From: Rhina ancylostomus
Taxonomy: Eukaryota
Reading direction: 5' to 3'
Length of the DNA stretch: 60,711 nt
NCBI GenBank assembly: GCA_030265395.1
Contig: JARFYF010000104.1
Coordinates: 95,217,699 to 95,278,409 of the forward strand
A program made the translations under genes and the position numbers. Below are positions 1-12,900 of this stretch, one piece after another. Under the pieces are notes generated by a model that saw only the letters and a program-made list of their open reading frames with translations, did no database searches and had not been told where the DNA came from. How positions within the stretch are numbered: position 1 is the first letter of the stretch; every line of letters begins with the position of its first letter.

Positions 1-117
1 GTTCCTTGTGGTTAATACAAGCACCAAGGACAATATACTATTATCTGTGTGGTAACACAGTCCACCCCATGCACCAGAAATAATGTGGGCTTCTCTCAAT
101 TTAAAGAAGCTTCCTGA

Positions 118-412
118 TGGTACGGTACTGTAACAGTTAGCTTAATGCTATTACAGCGCCAGTGACCCAGGTTCAATTCCCGCCGCTGCCTGTAAGGAGT
201 TTGTATGTTCTCCCCTTGTCTGCGTGGGTTTCCTCCAGGCATTCCAGTTTCCTCCCACATTCCAAAGATGTACGGGTTAGGAGCTGTGGGCATGCTAGGT
301 TGGCACCAGAAAAGTGGTGACATTTGGTGGCTGCCCCCAGCACATTTTCAGTAATGCAAAAAAAACCATTCCACTGTGTGTTTCAATGTACACGCGACTA
401 ATAAATTAAATA
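118..412 (+). mobile_element. tRNA-derived V-SINE (HE1-like)
   Basis: B box ggttcaattcc at 170-180, then V-domain-like ttctcccc..tgcgtgggtttcctcc..ttcctcccacattccaaaga; paralogous to 7266-7559. Confidence 0.85.
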
Positions 413-606
413 TCAAAAAAATGCCAGGATGAGGCACATGGAATTGAATCCTGCTTGCAAACAAGTCAGTGTTACTGAATATGATGGACAATTTGAACAC
501 TGCCAGCCCATCGAACTAAGACCTGCAGGGGGTTAAAACACAAGCAACAATATTACATAAAATATGTTGCTTCTACGATGTTGCTTATACAATATATATA
601 AAAATG

Positions 607-900
607 TAATTCACCTCATTATAGGAAGGATGTGGAAGCGCTGGAAAGGGTGCAGAGGAGATTTACCAGGATGCTGCCTGGCTTAGAAAGTATGCATTAT
701 GAGGAGAGACTAAGGGAGCTAGGGCTTTACTTTTTGGAGAGAAGGAGGATGAGAGGAGACATGATAGAGGTGNNNNNNNNNNNNNNNNNNNNNNNNNNNN
801 NNNNNNNNNNNNNNNNNNNNNNNNNNNNNNNNNNNNNNNNNNNNNNNNNNNNNNNNNNNNNNNNNNNNNNNNACCGCAGCCAGTGCTGGAGGAAGTGAAT
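607..900 (+). mobile_element. CR1-clade LINE ORF2 C-terminal fragment (gapped)
   Basis: EALERVQRRFTRMLPGL..YEERLRELGLY.LERRRMRGDMIEV is typical of the CR1 ORF2 C-terminus. Confidence 0.88.
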
Positions 901-1139
901 GTTTACCAGTGAAATAATGGGCATGTCAATTTTGATGTCAGGATATAAGTGCAAATATTTGTATCCTTTAGATAAATTTATTTTTATTCCTGACCAAAGT
1001 TGTTTGTTTTATACAAAAGAATATTTGGATTACAAGGCCAGGCAAAGAGCAATATCAAATAATAATAGGACTATGTAGCATATTTCAAACTATCTCTGTT
1101 GACCTGCTTTGGAGCTTCAGATTGATATTAATAATTCTA

Positions 1140-1370
1140 TCATATTGTTTGAAGAGCAAAATTCTCTAAGTGTTCTGCCAGTATTTCCTTAAACACCAAA
1201 AATAGAACAGCTGCTTTCATTGCTACTGTGGAATCTTGATGTGTGCAAAATGGCTACTTTACTGATTTTTTAAGTAACTACACTTCAAAGTAGTTCATTG
1301 TATATGAAGTGCTTTGGGATATTTCTAAATAATATGATATGGTGTAAAACAAACACGTCTTGTTTTTAAA
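1140..1370 (+). mobile_element. Decayed DeuSINE-like fragment
   Basis: gaagagc..ttctc..gtgttctgcc..tattt followed by cttcaaag..ttcattg..tgaagtgctttggga; reverse-complement similarity to 13285-13890. Confidence 0.5.
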
Positions 1371-4300
1371 TAGCCCGGTCTTAATGCAGGTTCTTTCCAG
1401 AAGGCAGATTACGTGCAAACTCAATTGATGATGGGTCTCTGAGAGTGTGCTATTTCTGTTCAAAAGTTAAATAATTGAATCTTGTGTTCCTATTATAAAT
1501 AGAAAATGCTATATAATTCCATTAATTCCACTAATTCCAATCTCTAATTTCATTTAGAAAAAGAATGGAAAAATATGTTTAAAATGCTATATGGTGAAGG
1601 TTTTGTATTTTGAGAACTGCATTGTCATTGCCGTGTTTAAGCATTGATCAGTAGGAAGGAAAAAGGCAGGAAATTTAACATGTTACCAGGAGCAAAGCAA
1701 GGGATCACAACATATTTTCTAGGCTAGGGGAATGTGTTTTTGACAATGTTTAAATGACGAAGCTAGAGACCAGGTTCTTTGGAGGTTAACAGTGAATGTT
1801 ATTGGAGACATTGCAGACAGAGAGCCATCTATGGCTATGTAGCTGTATGGCCGGCTCTGATTGGCTGTTGTCAAGTCATCTTCACCAGACAACAGGTGCA
1901 AATTTGCTGACAGGTGTGGATATCTTGGATAAGTAAAATTGCTGATGGTTAATGATGTAGCCACGTGTTAGCTTATAAAATGCTGAGCTCTGGCAGAACA
2001 CAAAGCCAACTTGCATGCTTTCAGATCACTTGATGCTGGAGCTGGCCTTCCCCCATGGCCCTGAATGAATTCCTGGGTGACGGAGTCCAAGCTCTTACTA
2101 AAACCTGTGAAAATGGTATCTGTGTGCTTTAGGAGTGTCTGAGAAATGTAATCCTGCCGGTTGGAAGATGGCACAACAATTCCGAGCTGTATGTCTGGAA
2201 GGCATTTACTGGAAATTTACAGGCTTCAGTCAGATTGTCTCAAATTGACTGCTGCAATTTTTGTTTATTGGGAGCTATATGAGGATAGTCTTCACAACAA
2301 TGTGGTCCATAATTGTAGTTCATTGATTAAAGCCATCCATCTGCCAACAAAGGAAAATAAAAAGCAAGTGCTTTGTTATTTGGGAACTTAAACCAAGTAG
2401 CAGAATAAGGAATTGTGACTCTGTAACTGCTTTTTGAAGTTAAGGTAGTTTGTTCTTTACTGACCTAATACAGATTCCATCATTAAAAGTGACACACAAG
2501 AACTGAATTGTACATATTTGGTCTGCATTTAGAGGAAGTATATTAACAGCTAATATCATGATTTACATACAACTGTAAAAGTGTTATTGACAGATTAATT
2601 TTAAACTCTTTAACTTCTCTTTCATAAATAAAACTACAAATCATTAGCAATTTTCCATTAACATTTTTATTTCTTGAGGGAATTACTGATGTGACTTTTG
2701 CACCTGTCAACAAGGAATATTGCTGGACAGCTGGCACTGTCAGTAGTGGGGACACTGGCTGTCAGCTGCACGAATCCTGGCAAACAAGATAAAGGGAAGC
2801 TGACAAATTCAATGTGCAGCCATCAGGTGGCAAGAACCAAGAATTACTACTCTTATTGTTCTGTGATTACATTATGCCAATATTAAGTTGCTTATTTTCT
2901 ATTTACTATCTATGCACATATAGAAAGATGACAGGTTTGACATGATAAAAAAAATAATAGCAGCAAAATTCTGAGCTTTATGATCAGAATGCGAGTATCT
3001 TCTATGTACCTTATTGTACTCTTCATCACTGACCCTGCTGGAATTTGCAGCCGGTGGGAGGGCTCCTTATTTGTCTAAGCCAGTTGGTTTCAAGTCGCAT
3101 TTTATGCACATCTCCACCACCTGCTATTCTATGACCTTCTTGACTTTGCTATACTCTGGCATATACTTGCATGTTGGAGAGAAAGGAAAGATGCGGTTAT
3201 GTGGGGGTTAGCTACGTCCTCTTCCCTCAACCTAATTAAATGGAGCCCTGAGCAAGGCAATTGGTCTGACGAACTTTTAAAACAATATAGCCCCGTAATT
3301 TGATTAATGAACACAACCAGATAAGAATTATCCAGTGCAAATTGCACTAAAAATCATTTGCTGCTGGAATTACGTCTGACATGAAATCAGACCGGGGACA
3401 TCCATATATTATTTATATTAGCATGCATAATGTTTTTGTAGTGTCAAATGGACATCTAATGGCCTTGCAATCTTTCAGTGCTCATTTCTTCCCTTACCCG
3501 ACATAAATTAGAGCTCAAAAGTATAACTTGCAGTCATCATGAAACAACTCATTTCTGCTTTTATTGCTGTTGGAGTCACCTGAGNNNNNNNNNNNNNNNN
3601 NNNNNNNNNNNNNNNNNNNNNNNNNNNNNNNNNNNNNNNNNNNNNNNNNNNNNNNNNNNNNNNNNNNNNNNNNNNNNNNNNNNNTTGCCTTTATCTTTAA
3701 TTTAAGGGATGCTCTGCTGACATCAAGAGATCCGACGTAGCACCTTTAGAAATTACTGAAGGCTGTTCAAACATCTTCCAAAGCCTACAGTGTGTAGTAA
3801 GCTAGCAGGTTATGTCTTTAGCTGCTGACATATTCATTTATTGGGTGTTTTATGTAATGTCACAACTGATGAAGTCCATACACAACCCTTCTAGCCAATG
3901 CATGGAAGGGTCTGCAGCAGTGGCAACAGCTGCCACATCTCTAGTGTCACTTATCTCTGCACAACAAAGGATATGATATGCTGTAAATGGGGATGAGTTG
4001 CAGCAGTACTTCGTGTTCAGATTTCCTTACAACAAAAAATATCAAATGAAAAAAAATCTAAAATTGTAACATTTGGACCATGCGCCTTCAATTTCTGGTG
4101 CTTTTCTTGTTGTACTACAGAATACATGGGTTTAGATATCCCAGCACCATATCACAGTACCTCCTTTGCAGCTGTGGATCTACATCAGCTTTGTTCAGAC
4201 AGTATTTAGTTCATGATCTTTCTCCAAGTCCTCCAGGGAATAATGGATATGTGGGCTGTGGGGGAAAAATCCCTTTGGTGATGCCATGGCAGAGGTGGTA

Positions 4301-4467
4301 ATAAGAGTATCAGATTGCACTTGCTCTTGTTATGGTTTGTGGTTCAGTTGCCTTGTGCCCATTAGGTGTTTTTTAAAATCAGGATTAGACACAGCATTTG
4401 CAAGAGGCTTCCTCCCTTTTAGGGTGGCCTCCATCCTATCCCTTCTCTTTGCCTTAATGGTGATGAG

Positions 4468-5450
4468 TCATAGAGTTATACAGCATGGTAACAGGCCTTT
4501 GGCCCAACTTATCCATGCCTACCAAGGTGTCTTCCTAAGATTGTCCCGCATTTGGCCCAAATCCCTCTAAACCCTTCCTATCCATGTATGTATAATGATG
4601 AAAAACATTGAGTAGACTTTCATTCATAATCCCTTTGAAGGCTTGACCTCCATAAGAGGTGGTGCGGGGATGGAGTGTTAATGTGAGGTAAGTACAGATG
4701 GTTTGGATGGAATATATCAATTTGGATGTGTGTGTGTGTGGTGGTTGGATGTCTCTGACTGAGTGTCGGCATGATGGAGCAGTATTAAGTACATAAGAAA
4801 TAAAAATAGGACATCTAGCCCTTTGTGCCTGCTTCACCAGTCAATACCACTTCCCTGCACAAACCCCATAACCTTTGTTTTCCTTAACTTCCAAAAATCT
4901 ATTGATCTCTGACTTGAATAAACTCAGCAGCTAAGCCACTGAGATAGAAAATTCCAAAGATTAACAATCCTCTGGATGAAGAAATTCCTTCTCATTTCAG
5001 TCTTGAATCAGCTACCCCTTCTTTTGAGGCTAGGCCCCCAGGTTCACGGCACACCAACACCATCCTTGCCCCTACCCCTTCAAGCCACTTGAGATTTTTG
5101 TATGTTTTGTCTAAACTGAAGAGAACATAGGCCCTGTCTAATTAAACTACCCCTCATGGAACACCCCCTCCCCCATCAATTAGTGAATTTCATTGCACAC
5201 CCTTTATTGAAATAATAAACTTCCTTAGATAGTAAACCAAGACCTGCTTCACTAGGGCTTTATTATATGAAAGTAACACATCTTTATTCTTGCACTCAAA
5301 TTTGTTGGCCATAGAGTATGTACCATTTGCTTTACTAATTGTTGCTGTATCTGCAAGTTAACTTCTAATAATTAATGCACAAAGGGCATCCAGGTCCTTT
5401 GAACACCAAGACCTTTCAGTCCTTCCGCCATTTCTGTTCATCTCAAGCTC
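4468..5450 (-). mobile_element. Decayed CR1/L2-type LINE 3' fragments in reverse orientation
   Basis: Reverse-complement LINE tail-like text at 4468-4590 (catagagttatacagcatgg..acaggccttt) and from 4790 onward (acataagaaa..tcttctcatttcagtcttgaat). Boundaries approximate. Confidence 0.55.
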
Positions 5451-7265
5451 ACCATGACATAGCTGGTAAGGTCATGAAATTTCACATGTCGTTACTTCCT
5501 ATTCAGGGATTCTCGCTCCTGTCCAGTGCTGTCCCAGCATACTGCCTGCCAGACTCTTCTGAAGGAAGCCCTAATTGGTGTCTTCTCTCTCCTCAATCCC
5601 ACCCTAAATAAGCAAACAGCACTAATTTAAATGGTGGTTAAGCACACCAGAAAAGCTAAAATCTGATTATACCTTTCATAGTTTCAGTAATTTTACTATC
5701 TTTCTTTGTGTATCTCTAGGATATATGATGTGTGAATGGCCACATATGTGTGGATGGAAAGTGCTGTATCTGATGTGAAATCTGTACAGCATTCCATTTC
5801 GTTCAGCTTGATTGTTGTTGCTTGGTTTGCACCTCTTGTTGATTAAACCACAGAAGCAACAACTGATTGTGCAGTAGTAGACGTGAGATATTTGCCACAT
5901 CCCAGTGGCTGCGCATCTTTTCTCACTGTGTAAACCAAATTTCACGAAACCTATACCTATATCTGTACTTGCCGCTTCAGTACCGGCTTAATTGGGAAAT
6001 CTTCACGTTATTATCTATCTTGGGTTTGTTAGTAGCTGTTTTGGAACATTTTCATTGGCAGTCTGCTTGCATGTTCTGTTTGAATCTGCAATACAGTTTG
6101 AGGTAGCAATTGTTAGTTATTTTACATGTCCAATTGTTACATGCACTATTAAGAAGAATAATCAATCTGTAGAATGTTGTCAATGTAACAAGGTTTCTAC
6201 AAAACTCACCAAATTTCGAATGCATGTATTACAATATACAAACATTCTAGTATCATTGACTTAGCAGTATTGCATGACAGAATACCGACTCTTTTTCACC
6301 TTTTATCCAGAGTTGAGTAATAATTGCTAGAACTACAGTGTACTTAGGTAGTAAGAACAGGATATTTCAATTATAGAAGTAATTATTTGGTAGAGTCATT
6401 CACTGTAGTCAAATGAATATTTGTCTAGACATAACATTCCTTTTGTTGACTCGCATGGAAATGGAAGATCAACGTCAGAGGCACCACAGCCAACCACGGT
6501 AACCACGTGGGAGAAAGCATAGAAAGGCTCATCAAATTTTGGACCCAAAGTTTACAAGGACCAACATTCATGTCTATATTTCTCTAAAGATTAATGCTTA
6601 TGCTAAGACCTCAAATATATCATATCTTATCTTATATCCTCATACATGTGGCTAGAGTACACTCAAATTCATTTCAAGGTCACAATCACAAATTCTTAGC
6701 TTCAGGATCATTCCAACCAGCTGCCACTAATCTAATCAGTCTACACTGAAGAATAGATTATCAGATGGACAGAAGAAATGATTTAAGGATATTTACTGTT
6801 GTATCCTCACTGAATCATGTGGCAGCTGAAATTGGAGAAGGAGCATTCAATATAGTATTAAGAACCTTGAGTCAATTTGCTGGTAAGTCCAGTGTTAACA
6901 GTGGAAGGACCGCACCGGTTCCCTTATCAGCTATCCATTTGACCTACAAAGGAATGTCTACCAGAACTGTCGTGGAGTCTGTAGGTCCCACATGGGTCAA
7001 ATCAGTCCCCTCAAAACCCCATCAAATCCTTGTGGAAGAAAGATATCATTGACCCAAAAGACTCCCTATGAAAAAGAAGAGAATACCGCATGCCATAGTT
7101 TGCTACTTACAATTACATTAGGAAGGTTACCACAGCTCTACATTCAAGGAGCAAAAGCTTCATCTTCTTTTCCTACAGCATAGAGGATGAAGCATATGGG
7201 GCAGGAGGATTTGTTAAGGGTCATTGTCCCACCAGCTACTCAAGGTCTCGTTTAGTGACTCTTAG

Positions 7266-7559
7266 GGCAGGCACGGTAGTGTAGCAGTTAGTGTAACACT
7301 ATTATAGGGCCAGCAACCCAGGTTCAATTCCTGCTGCTGTCTGTAAGGAGTTTGTACGTTCTCCCCATGACTGCGTGGGTTTCCTCCAGGTGCTCCAGCT
7401 TCCTCCCACATTCCAAAGACGTATGGGTTAGGAAATTGTGGGCATGCTATGTTGGCGCTGGAAGCACGGTGACACTTGCTGACTGCTCCCAGAACGTTCT
7501 ACGCAAAGATGCATTTCACTGTGTGTTTCAATGTACATGTGACTAATAAAGATATCTTA
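7266..7559 (+). mobile_element. V-SINE (HE1-like), near full length
   Basis: A-box-like ggtagtgtagcagttag, B box at 7321-7331, V domain, 3' tail shared with 118-412. Confidence 0.88.
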
Positions 7560-8671
7560 CTTCCTCCCCTCTCCTAACTTTGGTAAATATTCTTCATATG
7601 ATAGTACTCTAAGTTGTGACAGTGGTGCTCATGTTGTATATGAGTTCCTTTAAGGGATGGCCATTGAGATATCAGCTACATGGTTAAGTGCTGGCAATTG
7701 TGCCATATTACAATACAAATTCATTTGCATCCTCTGAACTAAGGAAATGGTTACACATTTAAATATGACACTGCTGTTTCATGCAAGCCACATTAGAATA
7801 TCATGATACTGGTACTTCACTAGCCCCACAATGTAATCTGGCACACCTGAAGGCTAGAAAAGGAATTGATAGGTGTATGTCTTGTCCATATTTAGATTTG
7901 GAATTTGTGTTTGCAATATCATTGAAGCCACAGTGTTCACTATTTAACTATTGACATGAGCACATATTCAATAAAGTGCAGGAATCTGGACATTATTGCC
8001 GGTATTACCCTGTTCCTCCACAGAATACACGTTGAAATTTCCAAAAAAAATCAGACATTGAACATTCAATAGTTCAAAGCTGTGGTGGAAAATATGGAGG
8101 ATGCAAATCATGGGTGAGATTTACAGATGAGAGAGGACCAGAGATGAGGAGAGAGAAAGTTGGAACTTTNNNNNNNNNNNNNNNNNNNNNNNNNNNNNNN
8201 NNNNNNNNNNNNNNNNNNNNNNNNNNNNNNNNNNNNNNNNNNNNNNNNNNNNNNNNNNNNNNNNNNNNNNNNNNNNNNNNNNNNNNNNNNNNNNNNNNNN
8301 NNNNNNNNNNNNNNNNNNNNNNNNNNNNNNNNNNNNNNNNNNNNNNNNNNNNNNNNNNNNNNNNNNNNNNNNNNNNNNNNNNNNNNNNNNNNNNNNNNNN
8401 NNNNCTTGTGTGTGGAGAACCTTGAAAAAATTTGGTGACCATGACCCATGCAGAGTTTAGCGAATGGGTTTATGATCGAATTTCTTTTGTATCATATAAG
8501 TTGTTGCGCTGCAAAAGAGAACTTTGAGGCACGTGATTGTCCTTTATTTTTTGTACATGACCGTTCCACTTCGAAATCATATGCATAACACTATCTTTTT
8601 GTTTTGTTTTCTGTAACATGATTACAATCTTTTATTTCCTATAGTACCATCTGTGAAAGTTAAATTTTATT

Positions 8672-8871
8672 TACAGCATGGTAACAAACCCTTCTGGCCC
8701 AATGAGTCCACGCCGCCCATTTTGTTTTAAACCCCAAATTAACCTACCCATATGCCTTTAGAATGTGGGAGGAAACCGGAGCACCCGGAGGAAACCCACG
8801 CAGACACTGGAGAGTGTACAAACTCCTTACAGACAGCAGCGGGAATCGAACCCCGATCGCTGGCGCTGTAG
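8672..8871 (-). mobile_element. V-SINE with a different (LINE-like) tail
   Basis: gaatgtgggaggaaaccggagcacccggaggaaacccacgcagaca is the reverse complement of the V domain; gggaatcgaacc is a reverse B box. Confidence 0.85.
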
Positions 8872-9631
8872 TTCTTTAGCTTTGTTGGCTGTTGAGGCTA
8901 CTGGATAATTTCATTGTTTCTGAATGCCATCGATCCCTTGTAGATGACGTCAAAATGAAAGTTATGTTGGAACAAGACAAGTTGATGCTGCACAGCTCAC
9001 TAAATCTTTGTGAACAGTGTTCTGCATCATCAATGACACTAACCACAAATTATGACCCATTGAACTGGTTTGTTGTAAACCTCTGGGGTTGCAACAGAAC
9101 TTGTAAAACACCATCAAAAATATACCTAAACTTGAGTTTTACCCACTGCGTTTTTATTTTTGAAACAGAGGAACAGTAACGTATTTTCTTTTCCTATAAC
9201 CAATTATATCATTATTTCTAGAAAATAATTTTTGGACCCAATGATATGGGGGAAGAAGTGTTCACTTTTAAAGCTTAAATTTATATTTTAGCACCCAATT
9301 GGTCAATGAAACAGCTGTTATGTAACCTTGAGATAGAAAAAAACCTGTTTCAATTATATACATTGCTTAGTTGTAAAAAATGGTGCTACATTTTTCCAGT
9401 AGAAAAAAGTGTAATCATCCAAAGATGATTGGCATTTGGATGAAATTCATATCCACCATTTTTAAGATAGTGGCTTTAGTTTTGCTTTTCTCATTTGTAT
9501 TTAGTTACCTTATTTGATCTTAAGTGGACTGTAAAATATATCAAAGTCCCTCAGAGTTTAAAAATCCTTTATTCCGCTGTGCCCCTTGTAATCAGTGCAG
9601 AGGTTTGAACTTTACAAATTATGTGTTTCAG

Positions 9632-9786
9632 ACATTGAGAAAGAAGGGACTAAATGGGTGTGACAGCCCAGACCCAGACGCAGACGATTNNNNNNNNNNT
9701 CAGTGGGTCACAGCCCTGAGTCTGATGAGAAGTGCAGAAAAATAAAGGAAGATATTGATCTAATGATCAGCAGGCAAAGATTGTGT
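9632..9786 (+). CDS. MEF2C: MEF2C exon alpha1 (mutually exclusive with alpha2), interrupted by a 10-N gap
   Basis: tttcag|ACA...TTGTGT|gtaagt; [19 protein letters not shown][gap][29 protein letters not shown]. Removing N9690-9699 and one duplicated T gives 144 nt/48 aa, phase 0-0. Confidence 0.95.
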
Positions 9787-9842
9787 GTAAGTACAAGGGC
9801 CCTCCTTTATTTTTACTTTTGATATTTCTCTGAATCTGGCAG

Positions 9843-9980
9843 GCATTGAACAAGAAAGAAAACAAAGGCTGTGACAGCCCTGATCCTGACTCCTCTTATG
9901 CGCTCACCCCACGCACTGAAGAAAAATACAAAAAAATTAATGAAGAGTTTGATAATATGATCAGGAATCATAAAATACCT
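9843..9980 (+). CDS. MEF2C: MEF2C exon alpha2 (muscle-type alternative exon)
   Basis: ggcag|GCA...ATACCT|gtaagt; 138 nt; [46 protein letters not shown]; paralogous to alpha1 (shared GCDSPDPD). Not in the ORF track. Confidence 0.96.
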
Positions 9981-12900
9981 GTAAGTACCGTGAGTTAGAT
10001 GGCTGCTCTGCTAATGACTGCTGCAGTAATCTACCCTATCAGTGCAGGTTTCTTCATATAAATTACATTTCAATCTATCATTATGCAGAGTACAAACAAA
10101 ATAGGATAATAACTAATATTGGCCCTTCAAAGCAGTTAGTAATGATCTCATTAAAATAGTTTTTACATACCCTTTCACCTGCTTATTCAAGTAATTGGGT
10201 GTCATTTAGAATATTTGAGCTGTGAGAATCTAAAACTAACAATAAAATGACCAGCAAAATCTACAAGCATGAATTCTATCTGTAAAACACTTGAACTTCA
10301 ATGAGCAACTGTGATTGAAAGCCAGAATAAATAAGATCTTAAATAAAACCACAAAGGAAGTGATATGTGTGGAATTATATATTCTGATCCATAGATACGC
10401 TCTGTCTTCCTAAGTAGAGTCAATGTGTTTCAGTAACACTTTCTTACGTTTTATTGGACAGAATATTTAAGTGAAAAAAAATTTTAAAAAGTCATTGATA
10501 TTTTTTTCATTCACTTTCCAAAAAAAAATATTGAAGTACATCCATCCAAGACATACTGTCTCTTTATACATACTAATAGCAATCCTCTTTTCATAAAGCA
10601 ATATTCTTTAGTAATGTAAAGAAGACAGCAATTTTTTTGGAATAATTTTAATTTGTTGGAAGTAATTTTTGAAGTAGTTAAATTTCATCATTCTATTGTG
10701 AAATCTGACTGAATCACATGCACATATATTGTAACCGTAGAAATGACTCATGACTAATTAATGTTCACCCTCTCAAAAATGGACAATTCACATATCAGTT
10801 ATTTTCTTTGCCTCAGTTTGATTTAGAGTATTATTTAGAGTATTTGGAGACTAGAGGTGATGGTGAGTTCTCGCTGCAGTGCTCTGGCAATTTGCCAGAC
10901 TTAAACTTTATGATGCAGCCTTCATCAATGTGGTTCTTTAACTCTCCCATGCTATGTCCTCATAGCCTACATTAATGATATTGACAAAATCAGGTTGTGT
11001 GTGGCAGATTTCAGTGCAGTTTCATACTGTGCTGCCATTCATCCAAGTACAGCATGACACCATTTCATAGAATGCTTTATATCCTTCAGAGTGAAACTTT
11101 TTTTTTCAAATTTCTAACCTAAATTTAAACTCAGGTGCCCTTGATAAAAGAACACAAAAGGCATCCATTTTCATTTCCAATAACAGTATTTTTTTTGAGG
11201 AAATCTATTTTTACACATGGCGCATTTCCCCATTGTTATTCCCCACCCAGTTGGTCATTATTATTGTGCAAATGAGAAAATTGTAGGGACTACAGGTACC
11301 AACCAAAAGAGTATTCTTTCCATTTAATCACATGCATTTATGTACCGAACATTTGTGTGCTTCACTCAGCAACTTTGTGACTTACACAAAGCCATAAATG
11401 CACAGATGACGTGCCTACAATACCATAATGTGAGCAAGGAATCTCATTGCATCCTGAGGTATATGACAAATAAACTAATCTAATGACTGGTAGTTATAAA
11501 CTTGCAGCCTTAAAAAATAATTTCATTCAAATAAATGTCTTTACTTACTGAACAAATTGATTTGATGGTTTTTAAATCTTAAAAGTAATGCAAACATTAT
11601 CTCAAAATGCAAAATTTGTTTTAAAAATGAANNNNNNNNNNNNNNNNNNNNNNNNNNNNNNNNNNNNNNNNNNNNNNNNNNNNNNNNNNNNNNNNNNNNN
11701 NNNNNNNNNNNNNNNNNNNNNNNNNNNNNNNATCTCAAAATGCAAAATTTGTTTTAAAAGTGAAACCTGATACCTGTACTCAAAGGGTTAAAGCTAACTG
11801 CTTGCTGTGTAGAGAGTCATTCTGCATGAAATCCTGTTGATGAAATTCAAACACATTGTGTGCTGGGGTGATTTAACAGGATTACAAAAATTGCTTTGCG
11901 TCCCATCAAGAACATTTTATTTTCCTGCCTTAACACTAAGCTATTTTATTGACAACTAAACCAAGACCTCAACACACATAGCCATTCATATGCCTAGCCA
12001 GAAAACTGAGAGAAATAACATAACTTCTGCATGTGCATATTGTTGCATGAATGAAGAGCTTACCATGGTGGCCCCCTTATAATGCCATGTGGTCTGCTAA
12101 ACTGGGTTTCATATTTTCTTTATTTTTTAATCTATAGTTATGATTGTGATGATAAGTAAACAGTTTTTCTTCTTAATACAGCAATAATATTGCAATGGTC
12201 ATTCTAAAGATTTATTTTTGTTTTTACTTTTGCTCTTAAATGCAATATGAGGTATAAAATATGGGCAAATGTTTCTGATGTGATTCAGAAAAAGTGATTT
12301 GGAATGATATTATAAAATGTATATTACTGCCTCCAGCTTCAGCTTGACGGTTCAACTTGTGGTCAGTGTGGTTAAAAAGAGCAGAGCGTCCAGATCCCAC
12401 TACTGAATGCAGTCATTTCAAACAGGAAGGATGGCACCATCAAAATGACAGCCTGCTAGAGCCCACACAAACATGATGCAGTATTACCATTTCGAATCGC
12501 CTTCCTCAATAGACCACAAAATAAGGGTGGGTGGGACTGTACTGAACAAAATTGAAATGGTGGAGAGTTGACATAGATACAAATGAAAATAAAGACTTAC
12601 TGAAGACCTGACTTAACTGTGGGTACCCTGAATGGTCTTTAGCAACAGCTTGTAACCCAGAAGCTCCCATCAGCAAAACCCACAAATGTAGCAAAAAGGA
12701 AATTCAGTAACATTGGAACAACTCTAATAAAATGATGTGTAACGAAAGTTCCACAACATATTCATTTGGAAAGGGATGGAGGTAGTGTTTAATCATTAAA
12801 AACTGTAAATATTTTTATATTAATAATAAAAGATTAGTATTATTACATTTAAAGAATAGAATGCATAAGTTGATAACCAGTTAATCAGAGAAAAGGAAAG

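Noticed and set aside
7266-7345. tRNA gene
   Set aside because: The A/B boxes run directly into the V domain, so this is a SINE head and not a full cloverleaf.
9632-9786. MEF2C as a pseudogene because of the alpha1 frameshift
   Set aside because: The shift coincides exactly with an N-gap, and all other exons and splice sites are intact.
11599-11764. 33-bp direct repeat flanking a gap
   Set aside because: The copies abut both sides of a 100-N gap; most likely unmerged overlapping contig ends, not a target-site duplication.
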